A DNA stretch of 64,000 bases from assembly GCF_030684315.1 (NCBI RefSeq), contig NC_081355.1, positions 57,707,909 to 57,771,908 on the forward strand, read 5' to 3'. Of this stretch, positions 14,336-28,912 are shown piece by piece. Position 1 is the stretch's first letter. The number at the start of each line of letters is the position of its first letter. Below the pieces are notes generated by a model. That model was not told where the DNA came from. It saw only the letters and a program-made list of their open reading frames with translations, and made no database searches. The DNA comes from Stegostoma tigrinum (Eukaryota). The position numbers and the translations under genes are program-made.

Positions 14336-14341
14336 TTTATT
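14336..14341 (-). terminator. candidate HoxA11 polyadenylation signal AATAAA
   Basis: AATAAA on the minus strand preceded by TGTATATA (UGUA-type upstream element), ~1.9 kb after the stop. Other AATAAA hexamers exist closer to the stop. Confidence 0.4.
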
Positions 14342-16199
14342 CAAACCGATAAATATAAATTATATACAAGTGTTAAGGAAATTTTGGCACCACATTTAAT
14401 TAATCATAATTAAAAATATCCTTCTAAAGGGAGTTGTAGTTCGTTTTTTTTAATCTAAGCGTTTAATGCAAAACAATAACACCCCAGTGCATGGTGCATA
14501 GTCCAGCCATTTTAATATGTTTCAATGTCTTGCAAATGAAACCAACTTTGCCGGAAAAAAGGGATAAAGGCAAATACTCGACCGCTGTCATCTATCATTT
14601 CATGTGAGAGTACAAGGAAACCGCCTACTTTTAATGAGGGTTCTGACGGAGACCACACAAACATTTAGATTCGATTGATTTAATAAAAAGAGCTATTTTA
14701 AAAGGCTGGCATATGTTATCAGGTAACGAATACGCAATCTTTGTAAAATGAGGCCTATAGGCATATCGGCCTATAAAAGATTACACGATGATGTACAGGA
14801 AATGTTACCTTTGTGCAATAAAACACGTATGTGTTCAATGAAAATAATTTTCTGTCTTTGGTTCACACGGACAAAGATGGCTTCAATATTGTAAGTACTG
14901 CAGACTTGTCATCTTTTGAAGGAATCCGTGAAAATAATCGATGTATGAGCAGCAGTTTTTAAACTCTATTCCTATTTAAAACAGTCAATACACATTCATA
15001 TTGTACCAAAAGAGCAAGATATTTACAATAATTTGTGCTCAAGTATGCCATTATGGGTAGTATCCTTTCTCTTTGAAAAGTTAAACGTAAAAACTGCATT
15101 TGCAAATAACGACGCACAATATGTCAAGTACAAATAACCACTCACGGATTGCTTCAGCAAGCATAAAATAGCCCGTTTTCTATAACTCCAAGCTATGTTT
15201 TAAACGGTAAAGTGTTTATATAGAGAGTACCACGCCAAAAAAGGTACAAACTTTACATTCTAAACAGAATTTAATTACACTTGCTTATTTTAGAGGCGAA
15301 CATGAATTTGACACAAAAAACGCCTGTGATTCCCAGCAGCAGCCATCTTTTGAGAATGAATTCCAAGTTGCATATTTACATGCATACTCTCCGTTTGGGG
15401 TAAAGAGGGGTGGAAGGGGAACTACTCCTCATTATTTATAGAAAAAAATACACGGTTTTATTGTAGAGATCTAGGTTTTAATCTGTCTTTTATACAGATA
15501 AGTTTCAGTGTCCTAAGCAGTGATGAGCAGGCATTGTTTAGAGAACAGTCGCGCTAACACACCCCCCACCCAACCCCCACGCACCGCCCCCCCCCCCCCC
15601 ACCCTTACGGAAAGGTCAGTTACAAAAAGAATGAAGTTGGTTGCTACTCCTTGTAACTGAAGATAAAAAATATATATCCAATAGTTGTGATTGATAGTGA
15701 GCGCCACTGAAAGCTTCCTAATCTAAAGCATGCGCACATTTTATTACTTTGTTTTTATATTGCAGCTGGTCCACAACAGTCAACTGGTTCTCCTAGGGCT
15801 CCAATACACAGGTCTGTATTCAAAACGATGCTGCATTCTCCTTCGAATTAAGACAAATCTGTTTCGCTGAACTAAATCCAAGCATTCACATTGGCATCTC
15901 AACAATTATGTCTCGAGACACCCTTTGTACAAAGCATGTAGATCACACAAGTTAGAATATAATAATGTGTGCTATGTGAAACAAACGATGATCATTAATT
16001 CCAGTTACTTTTTAAAGTTGAAAGTTAGACGTCCCAGTTAGTTTTGCAAAGTTGTCGGGCCTGTCAAGACTGTACTAAAGTATCTGCTCTCAACTCGAAC
16101 TTGAGTTTATGTTTTACCTCTGCATTCGGCCCTGGCCGCTTTCTTCGTAGAAGGAGAACATAGGGCGGAGAAATTCACCTTTGTAATCGCAGTCTAATC

Positions 16200-16432
16200 T
16201 CAGAGCAATGGATTCGTGGTGTAATACTGAAGGCGGTCCCTGTTTAACTTCTTTTCCTTCATCCTCCTGTTCTGAAACCAAATTTTAACTTGCCGGTCGG
16301 TTAAGTTGAGCATCCGGGAAAGTTGCAGCCGCTTCTCTTTGTTGATGTAGACACTGAAAAAAAATTCTCTTTCCAGCTCCCGGATCTGGTACTTGGTATA
16401 GGGGCACCGCTTTTTGCGCGTACGCTGGCCAC
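16200..16432 (-). CDS. HoxA11: HoxA11 exon 2 (homeodomain)
   Basis: cag|GT GGC CAG. Encodes [76 protein letters not shown]-stop. Confidence 0.97.
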
Positions 16433-17650
16433 CTGTAACAGGTAAACAGTGAGTTAAACTTTGGTCGTTGTCAGTGAGACGAATACTCAGCTTCCCGGTC
16501 GTCAATATATGCTTTACTCTGAACACTTCCAAAAGGAAAGGGGAGGCAACTCTGCAAGATTTCCAATTTTCATACAGCAGTTTTATTTTCTCTCTCAGCT
16601 TTACCCGAAGTAAAGAATTGTCCACATAACGTAACAGCATGCTTTTTTTCATATTTTGCCCGGCCCTAGTGATAAAAGATGGCTGCCTCGATTTACATAG
16701 ATTCAAATGGATGTGGACTTTTCAAGTTTTAAGTGGGTTATAGTCTCATTCCAACCTTATCCTTGTAAGTTAAAAATGAGTCTCCCGGTGTTAAACGTTA
16801 ACTACAATTTTAAAAAGGGACTTTTATATTAAAGAGGGGGACAGTTCCACGATGCGTGCATTTAAGACAGAAAATGGGACATTGAAAAGTGCAAAAAGTT
16901 TTAATTTATCCGGAAGCGCGTCAACTAAAAAGGGCTAGAGAATGGGATACTTGAGGTGCCTTTTTAGAGGGACTGAGAAGCAGGAATTAATTTTCTGAGG
17001 GGAGGGAACTTAATTCCAGTCGTTCCGCATCGTAAGACTCAACATGAAGCAGTCTTCAGAGGTAACATTGTAGCCTTAAGACTCTGCCGATGAAATGCCC
17101 AACTATGAAATGTGATTATTAAATAAAATACTGTCACCCAGCCCTGAAATAAGTTTTTATGATGGAAGCTCCATGCTAAGGGTATTGCAGTATTTATATA
17201 GCTGTTAAAAATGTCATTTTGCCACATTACGTTTTAGAGCGGTTACTTATGGAACCGAATACAACCTATAAATAGAGTTTTTGTGTCAACACATGTGTTT
17301 TATGGAATCACTGAGTTGCATTAATACTTACAAAGATCACCGGTAGCCAAAAGCAATTTTTCATAAATTTACACTTAGTAATTTAATTGATCAGATTTTT
17401 TAACTCCAAACCCGCTTTTTGAGATGCTGGTGGAAGGATTTTAATGCAGCGATTGGCTGGAGTTATTTCACGGCCAATTTCAAAGCTGGACACGTGATCC
17501 TGTCATTTATATAAAAAAAAGTTTTGTTGGGAAATCTACAGGCCATCCATAAACCCCCTTATATGCTTATAAAACAGCACATAAAATTTTTAACAGCAGC
17601 GCGCGAGATCGCAAAACTTTCTCTCACAAGTGGGCACTGACTCTACCTAC

Positions 17651-18260
17651 TGGAGTTGCTGCCTTTCTCCTCATTGTTGCCGGAAGAAGACTCCGGGCTG
17701 CTACTCCCGGGGCTCGTCTCCTTCTCCACAGACACTCTCGAGGTCTCCGAACTTGAAGTTGCCGCAGACGGCGCTTTATCTGGGCTCTTCTCCCCGCAAT
17801 ATTCCGACTGCTGATTCTCACTAGAACCGTAGGCAGTCTCGAAAAACTGGTCAAATCCTTGCGGCAAAACCCCGTTCCTCCCCACCGGGTTGTAGAAGCT
17901 GGAGGACGCGTTGGAGCTGGGGTGGTAAACGTTGGCGCTATTTTTCATTAACATCTCGCCCATGGTACTGGCAGGCAGACATTCTCTGTGCATCAGCTCC
18001 TCTGCGGAGTAGCAGTGCGGGAGGTTCCCCCTGTGATGCCACTTATTGGAAGGATCGATGGCATAGTCTCTGAAGGTAACTTCTCGCACAGGTTGAACCT
18101 GGGGTATATTGGACGAGTAGGAGTATGTCATGGGGCGAGAAGCCGGCGTTTGGGGTAGAAAAGAAGGCAGACTGGAGAAATCCGGACCCGAGACATAATA
18201 GGTGCAGCTAGGCAAATAAAGATTAGAGCCACAAGAAACCCGCTCATCAAAATCCATCAT
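17651..18260 (-). CDS. HoxA11: HoxA11 exon 1
   Basis: [50 protein letters not shown] and [19 protein letters not shown] motifs. Phase-1 donor TCC A|GTAGGT; 280 aa after splicing. Confidence 0.96.
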
Positions 18261-20691
18261 CGCTTGCTTGGGGTCCCCTAGCGCAAGAATAGCTTGCATT
18301 CGCAGAGCTAAACATGGTCCTTAGATGCTGCTGCCTCTTTGAAGCTGATCCGCGGAGTAAAAATTTGGAAACGTAAGCTGACGTGGAAATGTATCTCCAT
18401 ACATCGCAGGGACAGGGCAGTCATGTGACCAGATGCCTGGAGAAATTGACATGCATCACTTTGGATTCCCCCCTCGCACCAGGAGTGCAAAGCTCTTTAC
18501 ATCCCAGCTCTGCACATTTCGAAAGAGGGAAAGGGAAGCTCGAATAATGCTGTGAAGGTGTTCAACCTTCACACCAGAGACGCATTTGGCACACTCACTT
18601 CACGGCGCTCCGACCAGCTGCGTTGCAGCCAGGGTAGACGCGAAATCACACTTAACAATTTCCACAGTGGAAATGTATCAGAACCTCTATTTTCTCCAAC
18701 AAAATGCTTTCGACCGATCTCTTCCATGTTGATTCTGCGGAATATTCGGCAATTATATTGACAAATAACCTCCCTTGTTTTATCGTTTATTTTAGCCTTT
18801 TAAAAATGAAAGGCTGTTATGTTTTGTGCTTATGTCGCCTGCACAGAATTTGTCAAATCACGAACAAATAAACACCAACGTTTTTATAAGAAATCTTACC
18901 GCCGTATATTACGGCGAGACTGAAATCTTTAAATAGGCAGATCCCGTTTTCAGTAAAATAGCCTCCAATCTTTTCTGAAAATCTCCTATAGACCACACAG
19001 ATGCGCGGAGAAGCAAAGTTAGACCGTATGAGACTTCGACGCGGATCTAGTTTGTATTTCTTTTTAGCTTATCTATCATCGTTAGATTATTCCTGCTGCA
19101 AACAAAAAAACCCAATCTGGACAAATCTGCCGAGTATGCGAGACGGACAGACTTTTATTTTCTTAACATAGTTGCTCTGCTACTGGTTTGTTATAAGCGG
19201 GCATGGTCACGTTCAACTCCATCACACACAAAACCCTGGCCCTGTCAGCAAATTATATAAAACCAGTCATCCACTTCGGTGGAAGATGCGAAATATTGGC
19301 GTAAAAATTCCCACGAGCAGATTAATTTTACATTCGGGCTTTTTTTTTTGCTTGTGTTGTATAAAAACGGATTCTGTCATTAAAACTAAATTAAGGATGC
19401 AACAGCGAGAAGTGGACAAAAGCGGATAAAATGGGTACTGTTTTATTTGACATTGGCCGTGGGTATATTTTTCCATATTTCTATAAAATGGCACTAAGGA
19501 CAACTGAGTAAGCATCAGACTCAGATTTAGTGCTGCCTGAGGTGTTTTTAATAGTTTTAGTTTTGTGCGGGTTACATTCATTGAAGAACGCCCAATAAAA
19601 AGTATTTTATTTCGGTGTACTATCTCCATGTAACAATATTTATGATTTAAATACACCCAAAGAGTTAGAATGCCATGCGGTGAATCCTGATGTCTTGGAA
19701 AGAATAGGACTCTACAAAAGAGTTGAAGTTAAACTTTGCCTTAGAATTTGTCACAAATTAGCTTTTTGCTGTTCCAAAAACAACTGCGCAATGCCAAAAC
19801 AAACAGGTTTCCTGGGAAGACGGACCTTTGCCATAAACATTTGCCAGAAAGACCTTCTATTTAAATTAAATTCCATGCAGTAAAAAGAAGTCTGTACTTG
19901 GAGCAGTGTTAATATCAAGTGGACAATTGAATCTTGCTTTTCTAACAGTTTCGTTATGATAATTAAGGACCAATGCAAAATCTTTGAAATGTCTGTTTCA
20001 ACATTCTAGCCGACTGTAACTGAGCAAATCCATCTCTATTAAAAAATAATGTCCGCGTAGGTAACAGAAATCTCGGTAATTGAAAATGCTGAAGATGTGA
20101 ATCGAACAGTGTACAATGTCCACGTTTTATCATAAAGCTCTGTAATATCCAATGTAACACTATATATTCAGCACTGCCATTGTATATTGCATATAGCTCA
20201 AGAATTTACTTTACAACACCTCTAAATTGTTACTTACGGTCCTGACAGAAATTAAATTCATTTGTGTTACACAGACCAGCAATGGAGACCCATAACACGC
20301 GAGAGGCTGCAAATCTGGCTTTTTTAAATAAAAAAAAATAGAAATGAAAGTGTCTTTAAAACCTAACTGGATTGATTTGTACTCAGACCTTTTTTTAACC
20401 AGCCTCGGTATTCGGGACTATTTGACTGCGATATAGAACTTGTTTGAGAGTTTAGGATCTTGTTTTGTCTGTGTAGTGAGGAAAGCCGAAAAACGTTAAC
20501 ACAACCTGTCCCTGTACGGATGGTCAAATTTCGACACATGTAAGGTTGTCTTAATAATATAATTAAATACAGAACGCCTATGACAACCGAAAGCGGACGA
20601 TTTAGATGGGCCTGCGGTTTTAACAGCAGTTTTGACAACCAGCTCCTCTAGATCCCCGGAGTAGACATTTTAGCTGATCAGGGGTGAGCTG

Positions 20692-20710
20692 AGACGCCAC
20701 CTACATGGGA
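20692..20710 (-). promoter_or_regulatory. weak candidate CTCF site upstream of HoxA11
   Basis: Minus strand CCATGTAGGTGGCGTCT matches the AGGTGGCG half of the core only. Confidence 0.3.
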
Positions 20711-23700
20711 TCTATGACGTTCCCAGCTAAAATGAGCAATCAGGCGTTTCCCCCAAAAAAACCAAGAAGCCTGCTTTGTCTGATCAAAAGTCGGGATGAG
20801 TGTTAGAGCTTAAAAAAATAAAACTGTACATTGGGCGTCATTCCTACATGTTGATCAAAATCTAGTTTCGTACCCCCTTTATTTATCTTGAAGAGGGGAA
20901 ATTTTCTCTATAAATATATTGCTGTGTCTTCGAACGCAGTTTGCCGATGCCGTTTCAAAGAGAAGAGGGGCGTCGTAGCTATTTCATAACCTCCCGAACG
21001 AAAAGGGAAGCTGGCGATTGCATTTCCGATTAAGTAAAAGGCGATAAATGAATGGAGAGCTATTCACTACCTTCTTCTCTTCGCCATTTTCTCTCCATCA
21101 GCTTTTCCCAATTCTCATCTATTGGGACATCGCTCTTTTACAGTTACTTTCAGTTACACATTCACTGATTCGAGCCGTCAGTTTAAGCCTTTTGCCTATA
21201 CTCATGTCCAAGACTGTGGTCGTATAAAGCTAAAGGAACTGTTCCAAAAATTAAACAGACCTACCTTTCCGGAATAAGATCAGGTAAACGCTGCAGAGAT
21301 TCCATTGCAATTAGATGGTGGATCAAATGTAATGTAAATGCTGAAGTTTAAGGGGATCAGTGAATTATTGCGGCGCAGTCTATTTTCCTGCTGGAGTCCA
21401 AGTCAACGGGAGGGCTGAGACCCGGATGAAGTTGAATTTCTTTACACTGACATGTACTTCGAAGCTCTGTCGCAGCTCTTATCAGCAACGAAATCGGATT
21501 TAAAACCCTATTGTTAATGTCTGAAAATAAAGTTAAAAACCTAGCGACAAAAATAAGACTGTGGTAAGACGAAGTCTTCACTCGAGTTATTTGACAGCTT
21601 TGCACTTTAAAGATGCAGCGTCTGCTTAACATTGAACTTCAACTTTGAAAAAAATGCTGCGCCAATGTAAGAAATGTACCTTTTCTATAAAAAAAGATGA
21701 AAATTCTATCGGGCGAAATGAAAGTTAAATGACAGTGACAATACCTTAAAGCAAGCTTACGGGAGAGAGAGGGATAGAAATAGATAAATATTTGGACGAG
21801 CCCGGTCAACATTTGTGAAGTCGGTCGTGTCTGTAATTGCAATGAAACCGCGAGTTAGATATAATTTGTCGCGCATGGATTCATTCATGTTTAAATATCA
21901 CGAATCACCGCGTAAAAGTTTGATAACTATATTTGTGACCAGTGCATTTTTATGGTTGCCCTAAAGCTAATCAATACAGCATGGAAACGGCCGGCCATTG
22001 TTGTCCTTTTACAATTTTTTTCAGGAACTTCTCTTTGCGTTAGTTTTCGGTCTTTCCCACGAGTTACAATGTCTGTTATTTCGCAAACGAAGTCACATAT
22101 GGCTTAATTGCTTAAGCCGCAAAAACAATTTATTATACCGCAAAGCAAGTCAATTTTCTAACTTGAAATGCTTTCATTCATTTCTGCACTATCATTTTCG
22201 TCCCCTAGATGGGATAAACGTTGCAAATGGGAAGAAAACCTTCATGAAAAGCTGAAAGTGGATATATCCTCATCCAGCCTCAACAAGTACAATGCAAAAT
22301 CCAACTGAAGCTAGTGTTAAGACAGCATCTGCTGCTTTTTGACGGAATTCTCCCACATTATTGTAAGACACGCTTATTCATTCATTAATAAAAAGTAGCT
22401 GGCTTTGAAATTGGCACGGTGAACTGGGAGCATCGACACGTTCAGGCATTTCGGAGAAAGCATGATTTTACATTTTAAATCAAAAATTGTACAAATAAAG
22501 CGCTGGTGGACGTTGAGTTGGGATATTGTTGCGGAGGTTCTCCAACTAGTTTGTATTTATCTAATTGGCAAAACAAAACTTATGAATCTCAAAGTCTAAA
22601 CTGAAAGTTATTGGCTTCGGCAGAATTAATCTCATAACGAAAGTCCGTGTTTTTGTTTTGTTGTTTGTGATTGTTTTACCGCCTCTTCAGTGGCAATGAC
22701 AACAGATAGTGTCGGCCATTTTTATGTCTAATGCCTCGGAAATTCCTCACAAAGTTCATTGAAGAGAAAGTACTTCGAGAAACGAGCATTTTATTGAGAG
22801 AAAATACTTACTATGTGCTAATAAACAACACCTCTTCGAGATTCAAAGGCATTCGAAGTTTTGATAGGCACAGCCTCCAAACGGATGATGCTTAAAGATG
22901 AAAACTAAGTCACAATTGTGTGGGATTGTTCCATTGTTAATTTTGTTGGCCCCAGTAGATTTCTTGAAATGGTCCCGAAATAAAAGATTGTATATAAAAC
23001 ATTGAGACCAAGAACACAGCAAAATTAATACGCTAAACGTATTCCCTAATATTATTTTTTGCGCCCAATCAAAAACAGGCAACATGACAATAACCTCGTT
23101 GAAGCAGGAGCATTTAGTAAGGATTGGCAATGAAATCTGCAAGTTATACACTTTGTACATAATAAATTAGCATTTTACACATTTTAAAAAGCTGCAAGGA
23201 CAATCATTTTAGTCTAAGATGATATACTGCTCTACGAGTATTTGAATGTATCGGTAGTGCAGGGTGGGAATCAAAATTGTTGCCGTAAACATTCAGGGCT
23301 TAAATCCGCGTTTATTTTTAGCTCCTGTATAATTTCCTAATAAAACTATTGAAACACTTTCGCATGTTTTGTTAGAGGTTTTTGCATAATTATTTCAACA
23401 AATTTCTCTTTCGGGAACGTCCCGGTATTAAATTGGCCAAAACGTCACATAGAAAACGCTGAGTCGGCCCGTTTTATTTTGGAAACACGCTACCCGGCAA
23501 AATAAAGAAGAGATTATTAAATCCCGAAATTTCCCCTTTGAAATAATTGGAGCAATAGAACATTATATATTCAATACACTTGCGTTTTGCTGGCAAGTTC
23601 ATAAAGATGAAGCTTCACTTAGCATTCTGAGTCCATTGCGATTTTGTTTTGATCCATTATCAGTTTTAGGCGAATTTGAACAGACATGGTGCGTTGATGT

Positions 23701-26700
23701 GATGCTTCTGAATTTGCATGCACGTTGTGAAATTTTCAAAAATGTAGTTATAACCGATGGTCCAACACGAACATTCCAGCAATGAGTTTTGGTAACAGGA
23801 TTTTAAAAAAGTTCAAATGCGAAGGTTGAACAAATCCAACAAAAGATTAATAATAATTTTCCACGTTGTTTCTTTTCATAAAAGAAATCAAGATTAAACC
23901 TTAGCAGACGCCACTGCTCTAAAACAATAGAGTAGCCAGGTCAAATAGCCACCAACATTGAAATTGCAGAAGGGAAGAGCAGTTTTACTTGAATTAGCTG
24001 GTTTTGAACTTGAAGGATCGTTACTTTGAACTTGGCTAGAGAAGCACAGCTCGGAACTTCCGAATTACCGACTTTAAAGGATCCGTACTCACCTCAAACG
24101 AGGGCAAAACTGGAACATGAGTAGGTGAACTACTCCCCCGTATATTTCCGATAGATTCCTCCCACTTTGAAATCCACAATCTTTCAAAAAAAAATAGCCG
24201 GTACTGCACAGGTGCGGTGGGATTGCAAACCTGTTTCTCTATCGAGAGCCTAGTTGGCGTACCCTTACAAACTCAAAGCGAAATTCTTCTAATTGCATCT
24301 AATCTTTGTCAAATTCGCATATTCCAAGCCTGTCGTGTGATTCTGTTGTCTCCCAGACGAACATTCAAGACCCGCACACGTAGCCTGTGTGACCACTAAA
24401 CCCACAATGTGACAAAATGACTGAATCCCTTTCAAATGAAAGAACATATGGGGTAACAATGAAATGCTGAACTTATACTCAATGTCAACAACAAAACTGT
24501 CCGCGCCTGTGTGTACCAGAGAAAAAGGAGTGAACTGCATTTTAATGAAAGCTGCAATTAATGAATTACATGCAGCCTCTTTGTTATATTTTATTAATGA
24601 GTTATGTAAATTACTTCAAATAACTGTGGTTCAGAATGCGATTTGTACTTTCCTGCGAGTAGGACTTAGTAAATATTTTGAGCTCAATGGACAACAGTCA
24701 CATCATAATATACTGTTTCAATTTGAAAACGTGTTTCCACACAGTTTTGCACGGATTTACCATTGACACTTTTGTTTGTTTATACATTTCCATGTAGAAA
24801 CAGCAAGCTAAAGTTTTACCGTTGATCATTAAGTATTTGAAATATTCACATTGTCAACGAGAATACCATGCTGTGACACCGCATTCGCATCTAAATATAA
24901 TCAGAAGAACTCATATTCTAAATAAAATTAGTAATGCACATCTTCGAAGTTGATGAGATAAAATCTTCTGGCCTGTATTATTTAGCAAACAAGTAAACAA
25001 GTCACTACCGGGAATCCTTAACTATAAGATCACGTGAAAAACACAGATCCAAACCACTGAAAAAATCACAATCAACATCAGAAATTAAATCTATTAAATC
25101 TAAGTATGAAACAAAAACCTTTAAAAATCTAATTTAGTTTGCTTTTCTTGACATGTAATCTCGTATCCGGAGATATAAAAACGACTGAATTGGAGGCAAT
25201 GATTTATTTTATATTCAATTCAGAATAAGCGGTGAGTGGAACAGTTGGACTTGTGATTTTAAGGAACTCTAGAGTTATATATCACATAAAATGTATCACC
25301 ACAATTTAAAGGATATTTTGACATGTGATATTAGAGTGTTAAGTGGAACTGTACTCGTGATCACACATCTGTGCATTCACCAAAGATATACTTAGCTTTT
25401 GTAAATACTCGAGTTTTGTATTATTTATCAATGGCAACATGTTATTTAAAAATTCCAAAAAATGAAATACATTTCACCGCTAAATATAGACAAATCTATT
25501 AGGTGATAGGTTAATTATGCCTTGTGTCAGTTTGAAAACCCAACACTCGTTACATAGATAGAAGTGAAACATGACGTACTCAGAATGATCTGCAACATAT
25601 CTGCCCCAAACATGATCGCAACTATTATTAGCTTGATATTGTATGCGTGTGTATGAGCACACACTCATACATGTATAAGTAGAAATATATATAGGTAGGA
25701 GTAATAAATAAATCACTTAATGCCATATTTGTAATATATACCATATACTATTCGTTTCGTATGTGAAATCTACACACATGGATTTCCCAGAATATTATAC
25801 ACTTGCCTTTAAATACTTACATTAATGTGCGGTCGCAACATTAATATGTGCATCTATACTTTAGCAGGTCGTATGTAAATATAATGACTGAGGCTGTACA
25901 ATGTTGTGGCATGTATATTATTTGTTTATTTTTAAAGAGAACCTTCACTTTTAAAAGTGCAGTTCCGTTTTTGTCTTATATAACAACTGAAGTAGCTCAC
26001 TGATTATATATTTCCTTGCTAAAGAATTCATTCTTTCCGTTCCGTATTGCGACCAATGTCTTAGGGCGTATGCACTAATATTGCACTGCGGTCATATTCT
26101 ACACTAAATGAGGGGGAAGCAACGGGACAATTACTCGTGTCCTTCACAAGTGTCTCTGATTTAGCTGGAAGCAGATAAACTAAAAAACAACACCAAAAAT
26201 ATCGAGTCTTCTTTTAAAGTCGCTGTGATTCTGGAGTCTTGTGTTTCAGGTGTTAAACTGAACAACTGCGCGGTCAGTCTGGCGAAATTTCACTTAAAAT
26301 TTATAGACAGCCTTCAAAAAAAAGGCACCCTTACTACTTCGTCGGAGTTGAGGCTGTGGACAGTATTGCGCATTCACTTTAATAAACCCTTCATTATTGG
26401 GTACAGGTCAGGCATTTTAGAATGAAGATTATTTTGGAATGATCTACACTATCGTGAAGTAGGCATTTCCTCAGTCTAATTATCAAATTTTAAGCTTTAG
26501 ATAAATTTATTGTGCGATACTAAGTTAGCAAGAGAGATAAAAACATAAACCGTTGTTTGTAGTATGTCCTACAATACAGGATGCATGGTCTCAAAATGAA
26601 AAGAGTAAAATAAATCCAATGAACAGTTTTTATCCATAAAAGTACACATAATGAAGGCAAAAAGAACAATTACTCCAGCGCAATTTAATATGGACAAAGA

Positions 26701-28493
26701 TACAGAGATGTGATTATTTCGATTATTTTATTTCAAAAATGAAAATAAGACTGGCGAATTTAAATTCAAAACTATATTAGGTATATCTTAACGGGCCTTG
26801 GATTCACGACAACGGCTTCAAATCTTAATGTTCTCTAATACATTATAAAATGATGTGATCTTGTAATTATGAATAATTCAAGGCAGAAGGCCCTTAAAAT
26901 TCGCTTGTCTATTGTTTCGTATATTTCTATAGAAGTGTTCAGTCTCTTATGGCATTCTAAAGTGGCATATTCGCTCGTCTCCGACTGCACGACACAGGAG
27001 ATCATTACTGAAGCTATTTCACAGTTCAAATTCAATGATGCAAATTCATTATTGTTTTTACAGTAAACTAGTTTGATCGCTCGTGATCGCCACTGTACTC
27101 ATAAAAGGCACTTTTATTTACTGTAAATAGAGATTCACGGTTCAAGATGAATCATTGACACTGAAGAATTTGAAGAATCGAAAGCTAAATGATTATTCTC
27201 TAGAATATTAGTTCCCATTGATTGCATCTCCTGCATGCTGTGCTTATATCAAGAGGGTAACATTGGCAATATCATTAATTTTAGCTAAGCCTTTATCTTG
27301 CAATATATTAATAACGAGCAATGCCTCGGGTAATCAGAAGCTTGCCATCGACTTCTCACTGCCTAAGTACAATGTTTACCTTTAGTTCATTTTACTTGAA
27401 TCTCAAGAACAACTAAAGAAGAAACAAAAATGCCGAAAAAGGTTTTTGCACATGATTAGTATTTTTGGAAGCTTAAAAAAAGGTCAATTTTAACGATAAA
27501 ATGAGCTGATTTAGTTGTACCAATCACAAATCGTTACTCTTAACTAATAAAACATTGATCAATTATTTCTTCATCTTCCAAGTAAATAGAAATCTTATGA
27601 TATACTCCAAATCTGTGCATCCAGAAAACAATGGTCTCGGATAATTTGTCCGGTCTTGATCGGCAAGAATGTGGGTGGTTCTCTTCAAGTAGTTTCCAAC
27701 AAACATTTCAAGGGATTTTACAAGCGGGTGGTGTGATTGGTTTGAATGCGTCATGTGATGAATGTACAAGTTTTTTATTCCCACAACATTTTGACAAACC
27801 ATGATTCATTGCTGCAATGGACAAGTCCTGAATTGTGGCATAAACTGCATTAAGAAAGGAGGCAAGCGAAAATTAAATGAATTGTTTTGTCTGGTCATTG
27901 CACATTTCAACTTAAACGTAACAACCTCTCTTACTTACAAAGGCCAACCTGGTTAGCATAACCACAATTAGTAAAAACTTATTTCTATGTTATACATGCA
28001 TGAATCAACGAGCTTCCGGTCTGTGCAATTTCTGAATTTTCCCAAAACATATCGGTACAATATTTGGTTGCTGTAGAGGCAGATGAAAATGTCTAATGTC
28101 ATACAAAAAAAACCCTCGGCTTCCATTATCCACATGGTATACTTGTACTGAACTCTGCCTGTAGGTTTATAAACAAGTACAATTCTTAAAATCTCGGGTT
28201 AATTGCAGCCATATTCCACAATACCACTGACGCAAAAATGCTTTAGCTTTCGTGATACTGTTTCTTTTTAAATGAAGTTTTTGATCAGTCGTGAATTATA
28301 TGAGAATAAAAGTGAATTGACAAACACTTTAGCAGATGCAGACAGATGGGACACAGAGATGACAGACAGCCGACAGGCAGATCAACTGCTCCTTCTAACT
28401 AAGAATTTTCCAAACGTGATCATGGTTAACGTTACTTGATTAGTTAATGTTTCCTTCGTTATTTTATTGAGGCTAAAATTAAAACCGAAAGGC

Positions 28494-28575
28494 CTAGGCC
28501 CGAAACGTCAGCTTTTGTGCTCCTGAGATGCTGCTTGGCCTGCTGTGTTCATCCAGCCCCACACTTTGTTATCTT
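28494..28575 (+). mobile_element. short terminal fragment of a Penelope-like element inside the cluster
   Basis: CTAGGCCCGAAACGTCAGCTTTTGTGCTCCTGAGATGCTGCTTGGCCTGCTGTGTTCATCCAGC is identical to the reverse complement of 61112..61175, the end of the GIY-YIG element. Confidence 0.9.
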
Positions 28576-28912
28576 GCAATGATCAATTTGCGAAATACAT
28601 TTCCATATTTCTTTCTATTGATTTCATACCTTTGCACTTGTGAATCCAGTACGACGCCTAAAATTGTTGATTAGTTTTAAAGGTTTTATTGTTGATACTA
28701 GTAAATGACTCCCTACTGGTCGTTCAAATTCGAGCATTTCAAGTAATTTTCTCTGAATATTTACACAAGTTGGATAATGCGTTATTAATTGTTAGAGTTA
28801 CTGACCTACATCTGACAGTTCCATTTCACCCTTTGCTCTTTGATTGTTCAAATAGTTATGTTTGCTTGTTCTGTCGCTCGGCCAATGTGTGAGTAAATGA
28901 ATATCTACGGAT

